Shown here piece after piece: positions 1 through 11,066 of a stretch of 64,000 nt of DNA. Below the pieces are notes generated by a model. That model made no database searches. It was not told the origin of the DNA and saw only the letters and a list, made by a program, of their open reading frames with translations. This stretch comes from Escherichia coli O157:H7 (GTDB lineage: Bacteria > Pseudomonadota > Gammaproteobacteria > Enterobacterales > Enterobacteriaceae): NCBI GenBank assembly GCA_013403045.1, contig GCA_013403045.1_3037.1. One strand, given 5' to 3'. The position numbers and the translations under genes are program-made. Position 1 is the first letter of the stretch. Every line of letters starts with the position of its first letter.

Positions 1-40
1 TCGAAGATGTATTTGGCGATTTTCATGAGGTAACTGGTTT

Positions 41-229
41 ATGAAAGCTTACTTAGAAACAATTGTCGTGGCTCAAAAAGAAGGTGGAGATGTTTCTACT
101 TCTGTATCGCAAATCATGATTGAATTTATAGATGCATATGCTTATAATAAATTCACAGAAACTTTTGATGCTTATGAAAAAGGTCCAAAGTTTGAAATAT
201 ATCGTACTCTATTACCAATAGATTATTAA
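41..229 (+). CDS. small hypothetical protein upstream of alt
   Basis: 62-aa ORF; start overlaps the stop of a partial upstream ORF (ATGA); followed by hairpin terminator. Confidence 0.45.
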   Translation: MKAYLETIVVAQKEGGDVSTSVSQIMIEFIDAYAYNKFTETFDAYEKGPKFEIYRTLLPIDY

Positions 230-250
230 AGGCCTTCGGGCCTTTAATTT
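228..250 (+). terminator. rho-independent-like hairpin (aaggcc-ttcg-ggcctt) plus T-rich tail
   Basis: perfect stem-loop at 229-244 followed by taatttt. Confidence 0.55.
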
Positions 251-258
251 TATAAATA
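251..258 (+). promoter_or_regulatory. T4-type late promoter TATAAATA upstream of alt
   Basis: exact TATAAATA about 20 nt upstream of the alt start; AGAGG Shine-Dalgarno follows. Confidence 0.6.
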
Positions 259-278
259 GAATAAACACTAGAGAGGAT

Positions 279-2336
279 ATGATGGAACTCATTACAGAAT
301 TATTTGACGAAGATACTACTCTTCCGATTACAAACTTAAATCCAAAGAAGAAAATACCACAAATTTTTTCAGTTCATGTTGATGATGCAATTGAACAACC
401 AGGCTTTCGTTTATGTACCTATACATCTGGAGGTGATACTAATCGTGATTTAAAGATGGGCGATAAAATGATGCATATTGTTCCTTTTACATTAACTGCT
501 AAAGGTTCAATTGCTAAATTAAAAGGTCTTGGTCCAAGCCCGATTAATTATATCAATTCAGTTTTTACTGTTGCAATGCAAACAATGCGTCAATATAAAA
601 TTGATGCCTGCATGCTTCGTATTCTTAAGTCTAAAACCGCAGGTCAAGCTCGACAAATTCAACTTATTGCTGATAGACTCATCCGCAGTCGTTCAGGTGG
701 CAGATACGTCCTTCTTAAGGAACTCTGGGATTACGATAAAAAGTATGCATATATTCTTATACATCGCAAAAATGTATCACTAGAAGACATTCCAGGAGTT
801 CCGGAAATTAGTACCGAGCTCTTTACTAAAGTTGAATCGAAGGTCGGTGATGTTTATATCAATAAAGATACTGGAGCTCAAGTAACTAAAAATGAGGCAA
901 TTGCAGCATCTATTGCGCAAGAAAATGATAAACGTTCTGACCAAGCTGTAATCGTTAAAGTTAAAATTTCACGTAGAGCAATTGCGCAAAGTCAATCATT
1001 GGAATCTTCTAGATTTGAAACACCGATGTTTCAAAAATTTGAGGCTTCAGCAGCAGAATTAAATAAACCCGCTGATGCGCCTTTAATTTCCGATGCTAAC
1101 GAATTAACTGTTATTTCTACTTCAGGATTTGCATTAGAGAATGCTCTTAATAGTGTTACAGCTGGAATGGCATTCAGAGAAGCTTCTATAATTCCTGAAG
1201 ATAAAGAATCTGATGTTAATACAGAAATAAAAAATAAAGCTTTAGAAAGATTACGAAAAGAATCTATTACTTCAATAAAAACTTTAGAAACTATTGCTTC
1301 TATAGTCGATGATACTTTAGAAAAATATAAAGGTGCTTGGTTAGAAAGAAATATTAACAAGCATTCGCATTTAAATCAAGACGCTGCGAATGAGTTAGTG
1401 CAAAATTCTTGGAATGCAATAAAAACAAAGATTATTCGAAGAGAATTACGTGGATATGCTCTTACTGTTGGATGGTCATTACATTCTATAGTCGAAAATA
1501 AAGATTCATCTAAATACACACCAGCGCAAAAACGCGGAATTCGTGAATATGTAGGTTCAGGATATGTAGACATGAATAATGCTCTTTTGGGATTATATAA
1601 TCCAGATGAGCGTACAAGTATTTTAACAGCACCTGAAATAGAACAAGCCATCGATAATTTAGATTCAGCCTTTAAAAATGGTGATCGATTGCCAAAAGGT
1701 ATTACTTTATATCGTTCACAGCGAATGTTACCTTCAATATATGAAGCATTGGTAAAAAATCGAGTTTTTTATTTTAGAAATTTTGTATCAACATCATTAT
1801 ATCCAAACATTTTTGGTACTTGGATGACTGATTCAGCTGTTGGTGTTTTACCAGATGAAAAGCGTCTAAACATTTCTATCGATAAAAATGATGAAGGGCT
1901 TGTTAATTCTAGCGATAATTTAGTCGGAATTGGATGGGTTATTACTGGGGCTGATAAAGTCAATGTTGTTTTACCCGGTGGAAGTTTAGCGCCTTCAAAT
2001 GAAATGGAAGTTATTTTGCCACGTGGATTAATGGTCAAAGTTAATAAAATAACTGATGCATCTTACAATGATGGAACAGTTAAAACTAACAACAAGCTTA
2101 TTCAAGCTGAAGTTATGACCACGGAAGAGCTCACCGAATCGGTAATCTATGACGGAGACCATTTAATGGAAACTGGTGAATTGGTTGCAATGACAGGTGA
2201 TATTGAAGTAGAAGACAGAGTTGACTTTGCATCATTTGTTTCATCAAACGTTAAACAGAAAGTAGAATCATCTCTTGGAATTATTGCGTCTTGCATAGAT
2301 ATTACAAACATGCCTTACAAGTTCGTTCAAGGATAA
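279..2336 (+). CDS. alt: Alt ADP-ribosyltransferase (packaged, injected), copy 1
   Basis: 685-aa ORF (T4 Alt about 682 aa); N-terminus MELITELFDEDTTLPITNL; C-terminal R-S-E motifs (TLYRSQ, FVSTSLYP, SNEMEV); true start may be the second ATG at 282. Confidence 0.9.
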   Translation: MMELITELFDEDTTLPITNLNPKKKIPQIFSVHVDDAIEQPGFRLCTYTSGGDTNRDLKMGDKMMHIVPFTLTAKGSIAKLKGLGPSPINYINSVFTVAMQTMRQYKIDACMLRILKSKTAGQARQIQLIADRLIRSRSGGRYVLLKELWDYDKKYAYILIHRKNVSLEDIPGVPEISTELFTKVESKVGDVYINKDTGAQVTKNEAIAASIAQENDKRSDQAVIVKVKISRRAIAQSQSLESSRFETPMFQKFEASAAELNKPADAPLISDANELTVISTSGFALENALNSVTAGMAFREASIIPEDKESDVNTEIKNKALERLRKESITSIKTLETIASIVDDTLEKYKGAWLERNINKHSHLNQDAANELVQNSWNAIKTKIIRRELRGYALTVGWSLHSIVENKDSSKYTPAQKRGIREYVGSGYVDMNNALLGLYNPDERTSILTAPEIEQAIDNLDSAFKNGDRLPKGITLYRSQRMLPSIYEALVKNRVFYFRNFVSTSLYPNIFGTWMTDSAVGVLPDEKRLNISIDKNDEGLVNSSDNLVGIGWVITGADKVNVVLPGGSLAPSNEMEVILPRGLMVKVNKITDASYNDGTVKTNNKLIQAEVMTTEELTESVIYDGDHLMETGELVAMTGDIEVEDRVDFASFVSSNVKQKVESSLGIIASCIDITNMPYKFVQG

Positions 2337-2339
2337 ATC

Positions 2340-4397
2340 ATGGAACTTATTACAGAATTATTTGACGGCGCTTCGGCGCCGGTTGTTAACTTAAATCCTA
2401 AGCATAAAATACCACAAATTTTTGCTATCCAAGCCGGCGAAGAAAGCGTGCTTCCTGGATTTAGATTTTGTACATACACCTCTGGTGGTGATACAAATAA
2501 AAATGTTAAGCCAGGCGATAAAATGATGCATATCGTAATGATAGGTGTCAACGAGAAATTATCGCTGGTTAAGCTTAGAAACTTGGGTGGAAATCCAATT
2601 GGCGTCATTAATGCCGTTTTTGATACTGCTCTTCAAACAATGAAACAGTATAAAATTGACGCATGCCTATTCCGCGTACTAAAAAGTAAAACAAATGGCG
2701 CTGCTCGTCAAATGCAAGTTATTGCTGACCGTTTAGTACGTACTAAAGGAGCAGGTCGATATGTTCTTTTAAAGGAAATCTGGGATTATGATAAAAAGTA
2801 TGCATATATTATGGTTTACCGTAAAAATGCCAATTTAGAAGACATTCCAGGTGTACCTCCTATTTCAACTGAGTTATTCACAAAAGTTGAATCAAAGGTT
2901 GGTGATGTTTATGTAGACGTTAAAACAGGTAATGCTGTTCCTAAAGCTGTCGCTGTTGCTGCTTCTATTGCTTTAGAAAATGATAAGCGCACGGACCAAG
3001 CTGTTATTCAGAAAACTAAAATTAGTCGTCGATTAGCAGCACAAGCTCAATATTCTACTGTTGATGCTTCACTTCAGGGTGATAGCTTCGCTGCTAAGAA
3101 ATATCAAGAGTTTGAATCTAAAGTTCCGGTATATAAAGCAGAAGGACCAATGAACTCTGGCGTTATTCAGATTGGTTCAAACTTCAGCAAAGGAGCTATC
3201 GGTGGTATGAGGAGTGCTTCTCGTTTTAAATCTAGCGATTATGAACTAGAAAGTTTCCGAAATCATATTGCATTAGCCCATGCGCGTTTACGCGATCCAT
3301 CTATCAAGTTGCAGAGCGATACATCATATCAAGGTTCCCAGGAATATTTAAAGAATAAAGACTTCTTTAATTACAAAACTGATAAAATTTTAAGCGATCT
3401 TGCTGATATTAATATTTCTAATAGTTTTGATGTTATTAAGAAAATTATCAATGATTTAGTTAAAGGTTCTAAAGCTACACCAGATGAAAAGACAGCTATT
3501 ATTCAATTTGTAATGAATGGAATTTATAAATTAATTGATGAATCCGCTGCTCAGGCGTATGAATATGCAAGCACTGAAGTAACTCCAAAAGGATTGACTC
3601 AGGCTGAGTCTGATGTAATTGAAGATTATTGCGCAGATTCGTATGTTGAAATGAACTCATTCCTTTTAGGTAAACCTGATTCTACACGTGAAGAATATAT
3701 GGAACGAGCTATTAAACATATTGAGACGCTGGATTCTGCATTCGCTAAAGGTTCAGTTCTTCCTCCAGGAACTACACTTTACCGTGGACAAGAAGTTACT
3801 TTTAAAACTTTGCGTCATAACATTGAAAATAAAATGTTCTATTTCAAGAACTTCGTATCGACATCACTTAAACCAAATATCTTTGGTGAGTATGGTAAAA
3901 ATTATATGGCCTTAGATAATTCCGGAGCAGTATTTTCTGGTGAAGGAGAAGGTTCCGTTGATGCAGAAGATTTGATGCATATGGGTAGTCATTCTACATA
4001 TGCTAATGAAGATGCTGAAACTAGCGTGGGTATGGTAATTAAAGGAGCTGAACGAGTTAAAGTTATCGTTCCAGGTCATTTATCAGGATTTCCATCAGAA
4101 GCTGAAGTTATTCTACCACGTGGAATTTTACTGAAGATTAATAAAGTAAGTACTTACTTTATGAAAGAAACTGCTTATAACAAGTATCTAATCGAAGGTA
4201 CAATCGTTCCTCCTTCTGAACAATTAGAAGAATCAGTATATGATGGCGACCATCTAATGGAAACTGGTGAAGTTCGTCCAATGGCTGGATTTAATCAATT
4301 CCTTGTAGAAGAATCAAAAGAAGAGGAAAACGAAGTTTCTCAAATCTTAGCTTCTTTGGTTAACATCAACGGAATGTCTAAAAAGTTCAAAATGTAG
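2340..4397 (+). CDS. Alt-like ADP-ribosyltransferase paralog, copy 2
   Basis: 685-aa ORF 3 nt downstream of copy 1; same N-terminus (MELITELFDG), same R-S-E motifs (TLYRGQ, FVSTSLKP, SEAEV), divergent central region. Confidence 0.85.
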   Translation: MELITELFDGASAPVVNLNPKHKIPQIFAIQAGEESVLPGFRFCTYTSGGDTNKNVKPGDKMMHIVMIGVNEKLSLVKLRNLGGNPIGVINAVFDTALQTMKQYKIDACLFRVLKSKTNGAARQMQVIADRLVRTKGAGRYVLLKEIWDYDKKYAYIMVYRKNANLEDIPGVPPISTELFTKVESKVGDVYVDVKTGNAVPKAVAVAASIALENDKRTDQAVIQKTKISRRLAAQAQYSTVDASLQGDSFAAKKYQEFESKVPVYKAEGPMNSGVIQIGSNFSKGAIGGMRSASRFKSSDYELESFRNHIALAHARLRDPSIKLQSDTSYQGSQEYLKNKDFFNYKTDKILSDLADINISNSFDVIKKIINDLVKGSKATPDEKTAIIQFVMNGIYKLIDESAAQAYEYASTEVTPKGLTQAESDVIEDYCADSYVEMNSFLLGKPDSTREEYMERAIKHIETLDSAFAKGSVLPPGTTLYRGQEVTFKTLRHNIENKMFYFKNFVSTSLKPNIFGEYGKNYMALDNSGAVFSGEGEGSVDAEDLMHMGSHSTYANEDAETSVGMVIKGAERVKVIVPGHLSGFPSEAEVILPRGILLKINKVSTYFMKETAYNKYLIEGTIVPPSEQLEESVYDGDHLMETGEVRPMAGFNQFLVEESKEEENEVSQILASLVNINGMSKKFKM

Positions 4398-4426
4398 TTT
4401 ACAAGTCCCTCGTGTTGTGTTATAGT
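4397..4426 (+). promoter_or_regulatory. T4 early-type promoter (GTTTAC N18 TATAGT)
   Basis: -35 GTTTAC at 4397-4402, -10 TATAGT at 4421-4426, upstream of the ORF at 4458. Confidence 0.5.
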
Positions 4427-4457
4427 AGTCTTACTGACATAACATGAGGAACACAAA

Positions 4458-4748
4458 ATGAAATCTTCTTTGCGCTTTTTAGGTCAAGAACTCGTCGTTG
4501 AAGGCGTTATTCCCGCTGATAACGCTTTCAATGAAGCAGTTTACGGTGAATTTATCAAAATTTTTGGAACAGATAAAAAGTTCGGAATTTTTCCTTCTGA
4601 AAATTTTTCAAAGCCAGAACAGACTGAAAGTATTTTCCAAGGTGTAGTAACAGGTAAATTTGAGTCAGAAGCTCCGGTAAAAATTGAGGTTTATATTGAA
4701 GAAACCTCTGTTGCTTCAGTTTCTGCTTTTATTTCATTCCGTAAATAA
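4458..4748 (+). CDS. hypothetical protein
   Basis: 96-aa ORF with GAGGA Shine-Dalgarno, own early promoter, followed by bidirectional terminator. Confidence 0.5.
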   Translation: MKSSLRFLGQELVVEGVIPADNAFNEAVYGEFIKIFGTDKKFGIFPSENFSKPEQTESIFQGVVTGKFESEAPVKIEVYIEETSVASVSAFISFRK

Positions 4749-4752
4749 AAAT

Positions 4753-4774
4753 ATGGGGACCGAAAGGTCCCCAT
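4753..4774. terminator. bidirectional hairpin terminator between convergent genes
   Basis: atggggacc-gaaa-ggtccccat perfect hairpin between the ORF ending at 4748 and gene 54 ending at 4777. Confidence 0.6.
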
Positions 4775-4776
4775 TG

Positions 4777-5742
4777 TTATATTGCTCCTAATATTTTACT
4801 TTGCGAATTGACAATTCCTGTCATAGTATTAATATTTGAAATGCTTCCTGCAGTTCCCCCTAATCTACTAAGTCGTGAAAGCGAATTAGATAGTCCAGTA
4901 ACACCTCCACTATTTCCGAGAACGCTTTGAATACCATTTATAGTAGCAGATTCAAGCCATTCAAGGGCAGCTTGTCTATCAACTGCTCCAGCCTGCATGA
5001 CTCTATAAGCGAAAGTAACATCAAATGTAGTTATTTGGTTATCTCCATCATATGATAACTCAGGAGCACTCACAGATATTGGAATACAGCCAGTGAACAT
5101 CACCGCAGTATGTGGTAATCCATTGCGAGAATGAAGATTGACCTGAATATCTGCCTCGACATCTTGCGGTAAAGCACGCAATCCAGTTACTGGGTCTTGA
5201 ACAGCGTTAACCCAGTCTTGCATTGCACGATAGTTACAAGCTTCTGAATCCATTCTAAATGAAATAACCAAAGGGTCTAATTCTCTTCCAGTTATACGAA
5301 TATTAGGAGAATTATAGTTCCAGTCAGTTTCATAGGATAATCTATTCTCTGGCATTTTTACAGAATATATCATCAATCCAGATGAGTTATATGCCATGTT
5401 AAAGAAGTCAATTAAATATGTACCAACTGTAAATGAGCCTAATAAACTTTGAACTGTACGTTGACTCATGGCACCAATAAGATATTTACTAACCCCTGAT
5501 TTTCTTATCAGTTTTTGTGTGCCAGCGGTAATTAGCGTAGTAATTCCCTGATTAATATCACCTTGAGTTAATCCCAACCAATCTGAATTTAGACCCAAGT
5601 TATTATAAGCAAAGTTACTAATTGAGCTTATTAACGATGAGCTTTTAGTTGATGGAGTTGTAGCAAAAACACAGCTGAACATATTATTACGTTGGAAGTC
5701 TGCGTTTATTGCTTGATTATTAAATTCCTCTAAAGAATACAT
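4777..5742 (-). CDS. 54: baseplate tail-tube initiator gp54
   Basis: 321 aa (T4 gp54 about 320 aa); N-terminus MYSLEEFNNQAINADFQ; synteny. Confidence 0.9.
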   Translation of the reverse strand: MYSLEEFNNQAINADFQRNNMFSCVFATTPSTKSSSLISSISNFAYNNLGLNSDWLGLTQGDINQGITTLITAGTQKLIRKSGVSKYLIGAMSQRTVQSLLGSFTVGTYLIDFFNMAYNSSGLMIYSVKMPENRLSYETDWNYNSPNIRITGRELDPLVISFRMDSEACNYRAMQDWVNAVQDPVTGLRALPQDVEADIQVNLHSRNGLPHTAVMFTGCIPISVSAPELSYDGDNQITTFDVTFAYRVMQAGAVDRQAALEWLESATINGIQSVLGNSGGVTGLSNSLSRLSRLGGTAGSISNINTMTGIVNSQSKILGAI

Positions 5743-6836
5743 TAGAAAGTCCCCGTATATAAAGAAGCACGGTTTAACGTAATAATCTCTCTCATAGTAA
5801 TCTCGAGTGTAAAAGAACTTGGAAGGTTAGGAGCAATAGCTAATCCATTAAAGTTACCATTTGGTGTTTTATCAAATCTAATACTCTGTATTTGGCATGG
5901 ACCGAATACTTCAGTCTTTCCATCAAATTTAGAAGTTGCACCAAAGTTTTTCACCATCCAAATTGTCGGGTTTGAAACTACAAGAACGTTCGTTAAACTC
6001 GATGTCATTTTTTCAAATAACGTCTTGTTTTTAATCGCGTCTTCTGGCGTTAATGGTTCAATAAATGTAGAACGATACCACTCATCTAAATATCCTTTTA
6101 TTTCAGCAGCATATTGAGATTTACCAGTTTCACCGTAAGAAAAATAGTTAAAATACTGATAGATATTAATAATAGCCATTAAATCTTCTGTTGAGCGCGG
6201 AGTCAAATCCCAGGTGAACACTTTTGTTCTATTTTCAGCACCGCCATACATACTTCTAGCTGTTGTATAGATCTGTTCATTATTATCAGCCATTATTCCT
6301 TGTGTTATACTTTCAAGCGCACCAAATACTGCAGTTGAAGCCATATTACTTAGCACACCAGTAGCAGTACCTCCGCCTTTTGTAATAAGACTATCTTGAA
6401 CATCATTAAATCTATGTGATGACGTATCGACGTCAGATTTAGATCTAGGTAAAAGAATATTTGCAACAGGAACTTTACTTATTGTTCCTGAATTATTATC
6501 TGATATTAGTCCATTTGATAGTTTTGATACTGTATTACTGATAGTGTTTCTGGCTGTACGTAAAATACTCGAAGATGAAGAAGAGTAGTTAGATCTCATC
6601 GTTCTAAGACTTCCAGAATCCCTAGATGACATATTGTATGCAGTAAATAATAATCCATTCTTATATAGATCTGTTACCTGGAAGTCCCCTGTAGTGTCAT
6701 TACCACTAGCACGCCCAGTTGGAAACTGGGCTGTGTATGTTTTAGTTCCTACTTCTGATTTAGTACTCTGTCCGGCTGAAATTGTTTCACCGGACTTTTT
6801 AATTAAATCAGCAGTTATTTCTTTAACAATTGCCAT
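5742..6836 (-). CDS. 48: baseplate tail-tube cap gp48
   Basis: 364 aa, same as T4 gp48; synteny. Confidence 0.9.
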   Translation of the reverse strand: MAIVKEITADLIKKSGETISAGQSTKSEVGTKTYTAQFPTGRASGNDTTGDFQVTDLYKNGLLFTAYNMSSRDSGSLRTMRSNYSSSSSSILRTARNTISNTVSKLSNGLISDNNSGTISKVPVANILLPRSKSDVDTSSHRFNDVQDSLITKGGGTATGVLSNMASTAVFGALESITQGIMADNNEQIYTTARSMYGGAENRTKVFTWDLTPRSTEDLMAIINIYQYFNYFSYGETGKSQYAAEIKGYLDEWYRSTFIEPLTPEDAIKNKTLFEKMTSSLTNVLVVSNPTIWMVKNFGATSKFDGKTEVFGPCQIQSIRFDKTPNGNFNGLAIAPNLPSSFTLEITMREIITLNRASLYTGTF

Positions 6837-6844
6837 ATTATTCC

Positions 6845-8617
6845 TTAATTAACTCCCGTCGCACCAAATACACCAGGAGCAGTTGTGCTTGTGACAGGTG
6901 TCATATTATGAACGACAGTATTTTTCTTAATAACATTATTAGTATTATTGATTGAAGGAGATGCTTGTTGAACAGGAGCTTGTTGTGCTTTGTTCTTTTC
7001 AATCACCTGGACCTGTTTTGCTTCTGGTGATTTAGCAGAAGTTTCAGGTTTTGCTTCAGGTTGATTTTTCTTGAGCTCTTGATAAGTGGCATCAATTTTA
7101 GCAAATCTAGAAGCAAGTTCTTTTTTAACTGCTGGTGAATTATTTAAATCCGGATCATTCATTCGTTTTTTAAGGTCTTCATGAGCAGCTTCAATTGATT
7201 TAACTGTCGAGTCTTTGCTCATATCAGCTGAATCAGCGTATTTTTCAAAACGAATCATCGCAGCACGAGCTTCATTAGCTTTCATTAAAGCATTTTTTCT
7301 TTCTTCCGGTGAAAGTTGTTTTAATTTTTCTTCTTCTGCTGCACGTTCTTCGTCAGTAGTCAATGCTTCTTTATTATCTACACCACGAATCCAGTTAGAT
7401 GCACGAGTTTTCCAGTTCGCAATTTTGTCTAATCCTTTTGCTATTGGGCCAAGATCATCATTCATTCGTTTATCTTGATAATTTGCTACTTTTTCTTGGT
7501 CTTCTTTATTAAGAGATGCTCCAGTAGAATTTTGGAAATTTTCTAATGCTCTTCCTTCTACTTCATCAGCAGTATCCTTCATGCCAGGAATGACTCGAAG
7601 AATTGCTGCAGATAATTTAGCCATACCTAATTGAATAAGCTCTCCTAAATTATAAAGAACACTTCCAAGCCCTTCAACAATAGCTACTGTTAATCCGCCC
7701 CAATCTCCAGCTTCCCAGAACTTTTTAATTTCATCAATAGAATCAAAGATGCTCTGTAATAAAGGACCCCATGTTCCGGTTTCGCTAGAGAATTTAGTAA
7801 AATCAGTGCTAAATAAATCCCAGGCTTTTGAAAATTTATCTGACCAGTATTTAAAATGAACCATCAGCAGGTCTATTCCAATAACAACAGCCATTATCAA
7901 TGCAACCATTTTAGCAGCTTCAATAGCAGCACTGACGGTATACTTAAATAGCATACTAGATATTTTATCAGTAATTGAAATAGATTTCTTAAATCCGAAA
8001 TCAACTGTCTTTGTTAATTTATCTAAAGCTTGAGATAATTTTAAGTTAAATGCGTCTCTTTTTTGCTTCTCTTCTGGAGACTCTTGTTTTGGTTCAATTG
8101 GCTGAGGAGTAGGGAAAAAATCAGCATCAGGATCATTATTAACTGCTTCAGGAGCCGGTAATAAAGGACCCACAGATTCAGCTGTATCATCCTCGACGAC
8201 TTTAACAGGAATAGCATTTTCGACTACTGCTAAACTCGTTCCAGTTTGCTGAATTCCAGCTGTCTGAATTTTTTGTTCCAGTAAACTTGTTAATTTATCT
8301 AATTTGCTTCCGAGCGATTCACCGATTTCTTTATTAATATTGTTTCCAATTTCAACAGTTTCAGCAATTAACTCAGAACCGGCAGTAGTATCACTTACTG
8401 CGCTTTCAACGTTATCAATTGCTCCAACTATTTCATTTGATTTTTCTTCAACAGTCTGAGCTATTAATTCAGAAGCAGCTTGAGCATCATCTAATTTTGT
8501 AGAAATGTCATTAAGACCAGATAAAGTATTAGAAGCGGATTTAGCCGCTTCCTGTGTTGGTTTATTATCTGAAATAACTTTTCTACGCATCGTTTGCATT
8601 TCTTGTGGCTTTTTCAT
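6845..8617 (-). CDS. 29: tail tape measure / baseplate hub gp29
   Basis: 590 aa, same as T4 gp29; synteny. Confidence 0.9.
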   Translation of the reverse strand: MKKPQEMQTMRRKVISDNKPTQEAAKSASNTLSGLNDISTKLDDAQAASELIAQTVEEKSNEIVGAIDNVESAVSDTTAGSELIAETVEIGNNINKEIGESLGSKLDKLTSLLEQKIQTAGIQQTGTSLAVVENAIPVKVVEDDTAESVGPLLPAPEAVNNDPDADFFPTPQPIEPKQESPEEKQKRDAFNLKLSQALDKLTKTVDFGFKKSISITDKISSMLFKYTVSAAIEAAKMVALIMAVVIGIDLLMVHFKYWSDKFSKAWDLFSTDFTKFSSETGTWGPLLQSIFDSIDEIKKFWEAGDWGGLTVAIVEGLGSVLYNLGELIQLGMAKLSAAILRVIPGMKDTADEVEGRALENFQNSTGASLNKEDQEKVANYQDKRMNDDLGPIAKGLDKIANWKTRASNWIRGVDNKEALTTDEERAAEEEKLKQLSPEERKNALMKANEARAAMIRFEKYADSADMSKDSTVKSIEAAHEDLKKRMNDPDLNNSPAVKKELASRFAKIDATYQELKKNQPEAKPETSAKSPEAKQVQVIEKNKAQQAPVQQASPSINNTNNVIKKNTVVHNMTPVTSTTAPGVFGATGVN

Positions 8618-9147
8618 TCAAATAATCCAATAATATTGCCAATTCCGGTTATTGGACCATTAGGGCCAGGAATTGCTAAAGTTGTAGAAATATCATTTGC
8701 CCATTTTAAAACAAATGCTGGCATCTCAAGAAAATTAATTTCTTTAACTTCATCATTGACCTTAAGCAAGCATTTGGATAACATATCGCTTACAGTTAAA
8801 AATTGTTCAAATTTTCCAGGAGGTCTAAAATAAAATGTATTTCCTTGGTATTGAAATTCCAATCTTTGGCATACATAAACGTCATTAATATCATAAGTAT
8901 AACCATCTATTTCTTTACGAGATTTAATCTTTCCATTAAATTCTAGCAAATGAATAGAAACGAAATCAACTTCTGCCGGTGATAAATTTGGACAAATAGA
9001 ATCAATAAGAAGCTTTAAATTTTCATCAGGACCTTTAACATCTTTTAAAATGTTATAATGTTTAAGACCCATCTTAGGAATAGAAACCTCTTTATTACTT
9101 ATCGGAAGAACTACTTTCTTCAGTGGTAGTATCAGTTTTAAATTCAT
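8614..9147 (-). CDS. 28: baseplate hub distal subunit gp28
   Basis: start taken at internal Met (MNLKLILPL) giving 177 aa as in T4; 5' end overlaps the 3' end of gene 27. Confidence 0.8.
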   Translation of the reverse strand: MNLKLILPLKKVVLPISNKEVSIPKMGLKHYNILKDVKGPDENLKLLIDSICPNLSPAEVDFVSIHLLEFNGKIKSRKEIDGYTYDINDVYVCQRLEFQYQGNTFYFRPPGKFEQFLTVSDMLSKCLLKVNDEVKEINFLEMPAFVLKWANDISTTLAIPGPNGPITGIGNIIGLFE

Positions 9148-10267
9148 TTTTAACCTTAACTGGGTCGATTGTTTCCAGTTTCGTTGCATTAGTGAACATA
9201 TAAAGATGAGTTACGGAATTATTATTTGATAATTCGTGAATAACTTCATCAACGTAAAATTCTGTTTTAAATTGGTTTTTACTATCATTAAAAATAATTT
9301 TAACGCCAGGAGTCAAGTTAAAATTACCGACAGTAGAACATTTAGCGTAACCATCATACTGCGCCATAGTCTGAAGACGAATAGCTTCTTCATATCCATT
9401 TCTATAAGTCATTTCAGAATAAGCACCTGACCTTGACACTACAATAGAGTTTTCACCCTTTCCTGTAGTAATCATTGGTAATGAAGAATCTAAAAATGAA
9501 TGAGCATAGATAGTAGCATTTTTCATTGGATCGCGTTTATGCGGGTTTGATTTAGTCAACCAAACAAAATCATATGCTAATGGATATTTCAATTCTTGGA
9601 CGAATTGACCTATTAAAGTTGGCTCACCTACAATCATTGGATATGGTTCTTGATTTATCATCATATCATAGTCCATCATGTTAACTCCCATGATGTCTTG
9701 CCATACAAATACGAACTTATCGCTTCCTACCGCTAGAGCAACTTCTCTTACATATGACAAATAGTTTTCAAATGTGCTAGTCCATGGAATATCAGGAACA
9801 TAAGCATTAATAGCATTTATCGCTGGAGTTAATAATGTACGATCTTGATAAATTACGCCAAGCATTTCCTTTATAGATTCACCGGCATCAGGGAAAAATG
9901 GTCTACCAAATTTAAGATTTTCTATAGAATGAATAGTTCCTAATTCAATAGCAATGATGTTATCGCCTTTTGAATCTACTGACACGGAAAAATGCTTGCA
10001 TCCATAAATTCGGGTTTTAACATTATTAATATCGTTTGCATTAGCTACAGAAATCTGAATTATTTCATTTCCATCCATTTTTGTATGAATGTTTTTAGAA
10101 TCATAAAATTGTAGCATTCCTTCATTTCGACCATAAAGAGAGTCACGCATAGTTAATGTGGTAATAGTAGCAGCTAATTCAACAAATCTATTATTACTCC
10201 AAGCGTCATAACTCTCAAATAATTTAACGCTGAGATTTGGATATCCAGGACGTTGTAACATACTCAT
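9095..10267 (-). CDS. 27: baseplate hub subunit gp27
   Basis: 390 aa (T4 about 391 aa); synteny. Confidence 0.9.
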   Translation of the reverse strand: MSMLQRPGYPNLSVKLFESYDAWSNNRFVELAATITTLTMRDSLYGRNEGMLQFYDSKNIHTKMDGNEIIQISVANANDINNVKTRIYGCKHFSVSVDSKGDNIIAIELGTIHSIENLKFGRPFFPDAGESIKEMLGVIYQDRTLLTPAINAINAYVPDIPWTSTFENYLSYVREVALAVGSDKFVFVWQDIMGVNMMDYDMMINQEPYPMIVGEPTLIGQFVQELKYPLAYDFVWLTKSNPHKRDPMKNATIYAHSFLDSSLPMITTGKGENSIVVSRSGAYSEMTYRNGYEEAIRLQTMAQYDGYAKCSTVGNFNLTPGVKIIFNDSKNQFKTEFYVDEVIHELSNNNSVTHLYMFTNATKLETIDPVKVKNEFKTDTTTEESSSSDK

Positions 10268-11016
10268 TGATGTTTATCCTTCTCAATCAGTTTTAATACG
10301 AATCCGCGCTCGGCAGGAATCATTTTCATTATTGAATTTAAGCTATAATTACTTTTTACAAGCGTGTGATTAATTTGATAAAAAGTAAATATCTCATCTG
10401 GATTAACTAATAGCTTAAACACATCTACTATATCAGTGTATTTTTTAATGTACTTATCACAACACGACATGTGCAATGTTAAATTAATAGGATTCATTGC
10501 ATCGAGAATTTTTTCTAATGTTTCTATCTCGATGGCGTCAACAAGTTCTATTTGACTTGATTCACTAATTTCCTTCCAATCATACCACATTTCATCGACT
10601 TGAACAGAATGAATATTTTCAGTAATCATCTTTGCTTTATTTTCATAAAACTCAGAAGGAAAATTTAATTTAATTTTAACATTAGCTACATCAAAAATAG
10701 GTTCCTTTAATTCTTTTTGATATATTTCAAATGGAACTGTCTTTTCTTTTTTACATTTTGGACATACAAATGTGACTGGTACTTTAGTTTTACCTATTGA
10801 CCCTACAAATACCTGCAAAAATATAAATGGTTGCCAAGTCTTTGGATAGTCTCCAAAATAATCAGCAATTAAATCAGCAATTACTTCTTTTTGTTCTTGT
10901 GGTGACCGATGTTCTATATCGTTTCGAACTAACAAAAAATCTCGATAATCTTCTACCGTAAATGGTTTAAAACGATGAACACCATCAGGTAATTTACAAC
11001 GAATAATGTTTGCCAT
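10264..11016 (-). CDS. 51: baseplate hub assembly catalyst gp51
   Basis: 250 aa (T4 about 249 aa); synteny. Confidence 0.85.
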   Translation of the reverse strand: MANIIRCKLPDGVHRFKPFTVEDYRDFLLVRNDIEHRSPQEQKEVIADLIADYFGDYPKTWQPFIFLQVFVGSIGKTKVPVTFVCPKCKKEKTVPFEIYQKELKEPIFDVANVKIKLNFPSEFYENKAKMITENIHSVQVDEMWYDWKEISESSQIELVDAIEIETLEKILDAMNPINLTLHMSCCDKYIKKYTDIVDVFKLLVNPDEIFTFYQINHTLVKSNYSLNSIMKMIPAERGFVLKLIEKDKHQ

Positions 11017-11033
11017 AGATGCTCCTTTTATTC

Positions 11034-11045
11034 TATTTATAAATA
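11034..11045. promoter_or_regulatory. divergent overlapping late promoters (TATTTATAAATA) for genes 51 and 26
   Basis: TATAAATA at 11038-11045 on plus and at 11034-11041 on minus, each about 20 nt from its start codon. Confidence 0.6.
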
Positions 11046-11066
11046 TGATAAATAAAGGAGCTAAAT

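Noticed and set aside
529-783. 84-aa plus-strand ORF inside alt copy 1
   Set aside because: Lies entirely within the alt gene in another frame, with no ribosome-binding site; alt accounts for the region.
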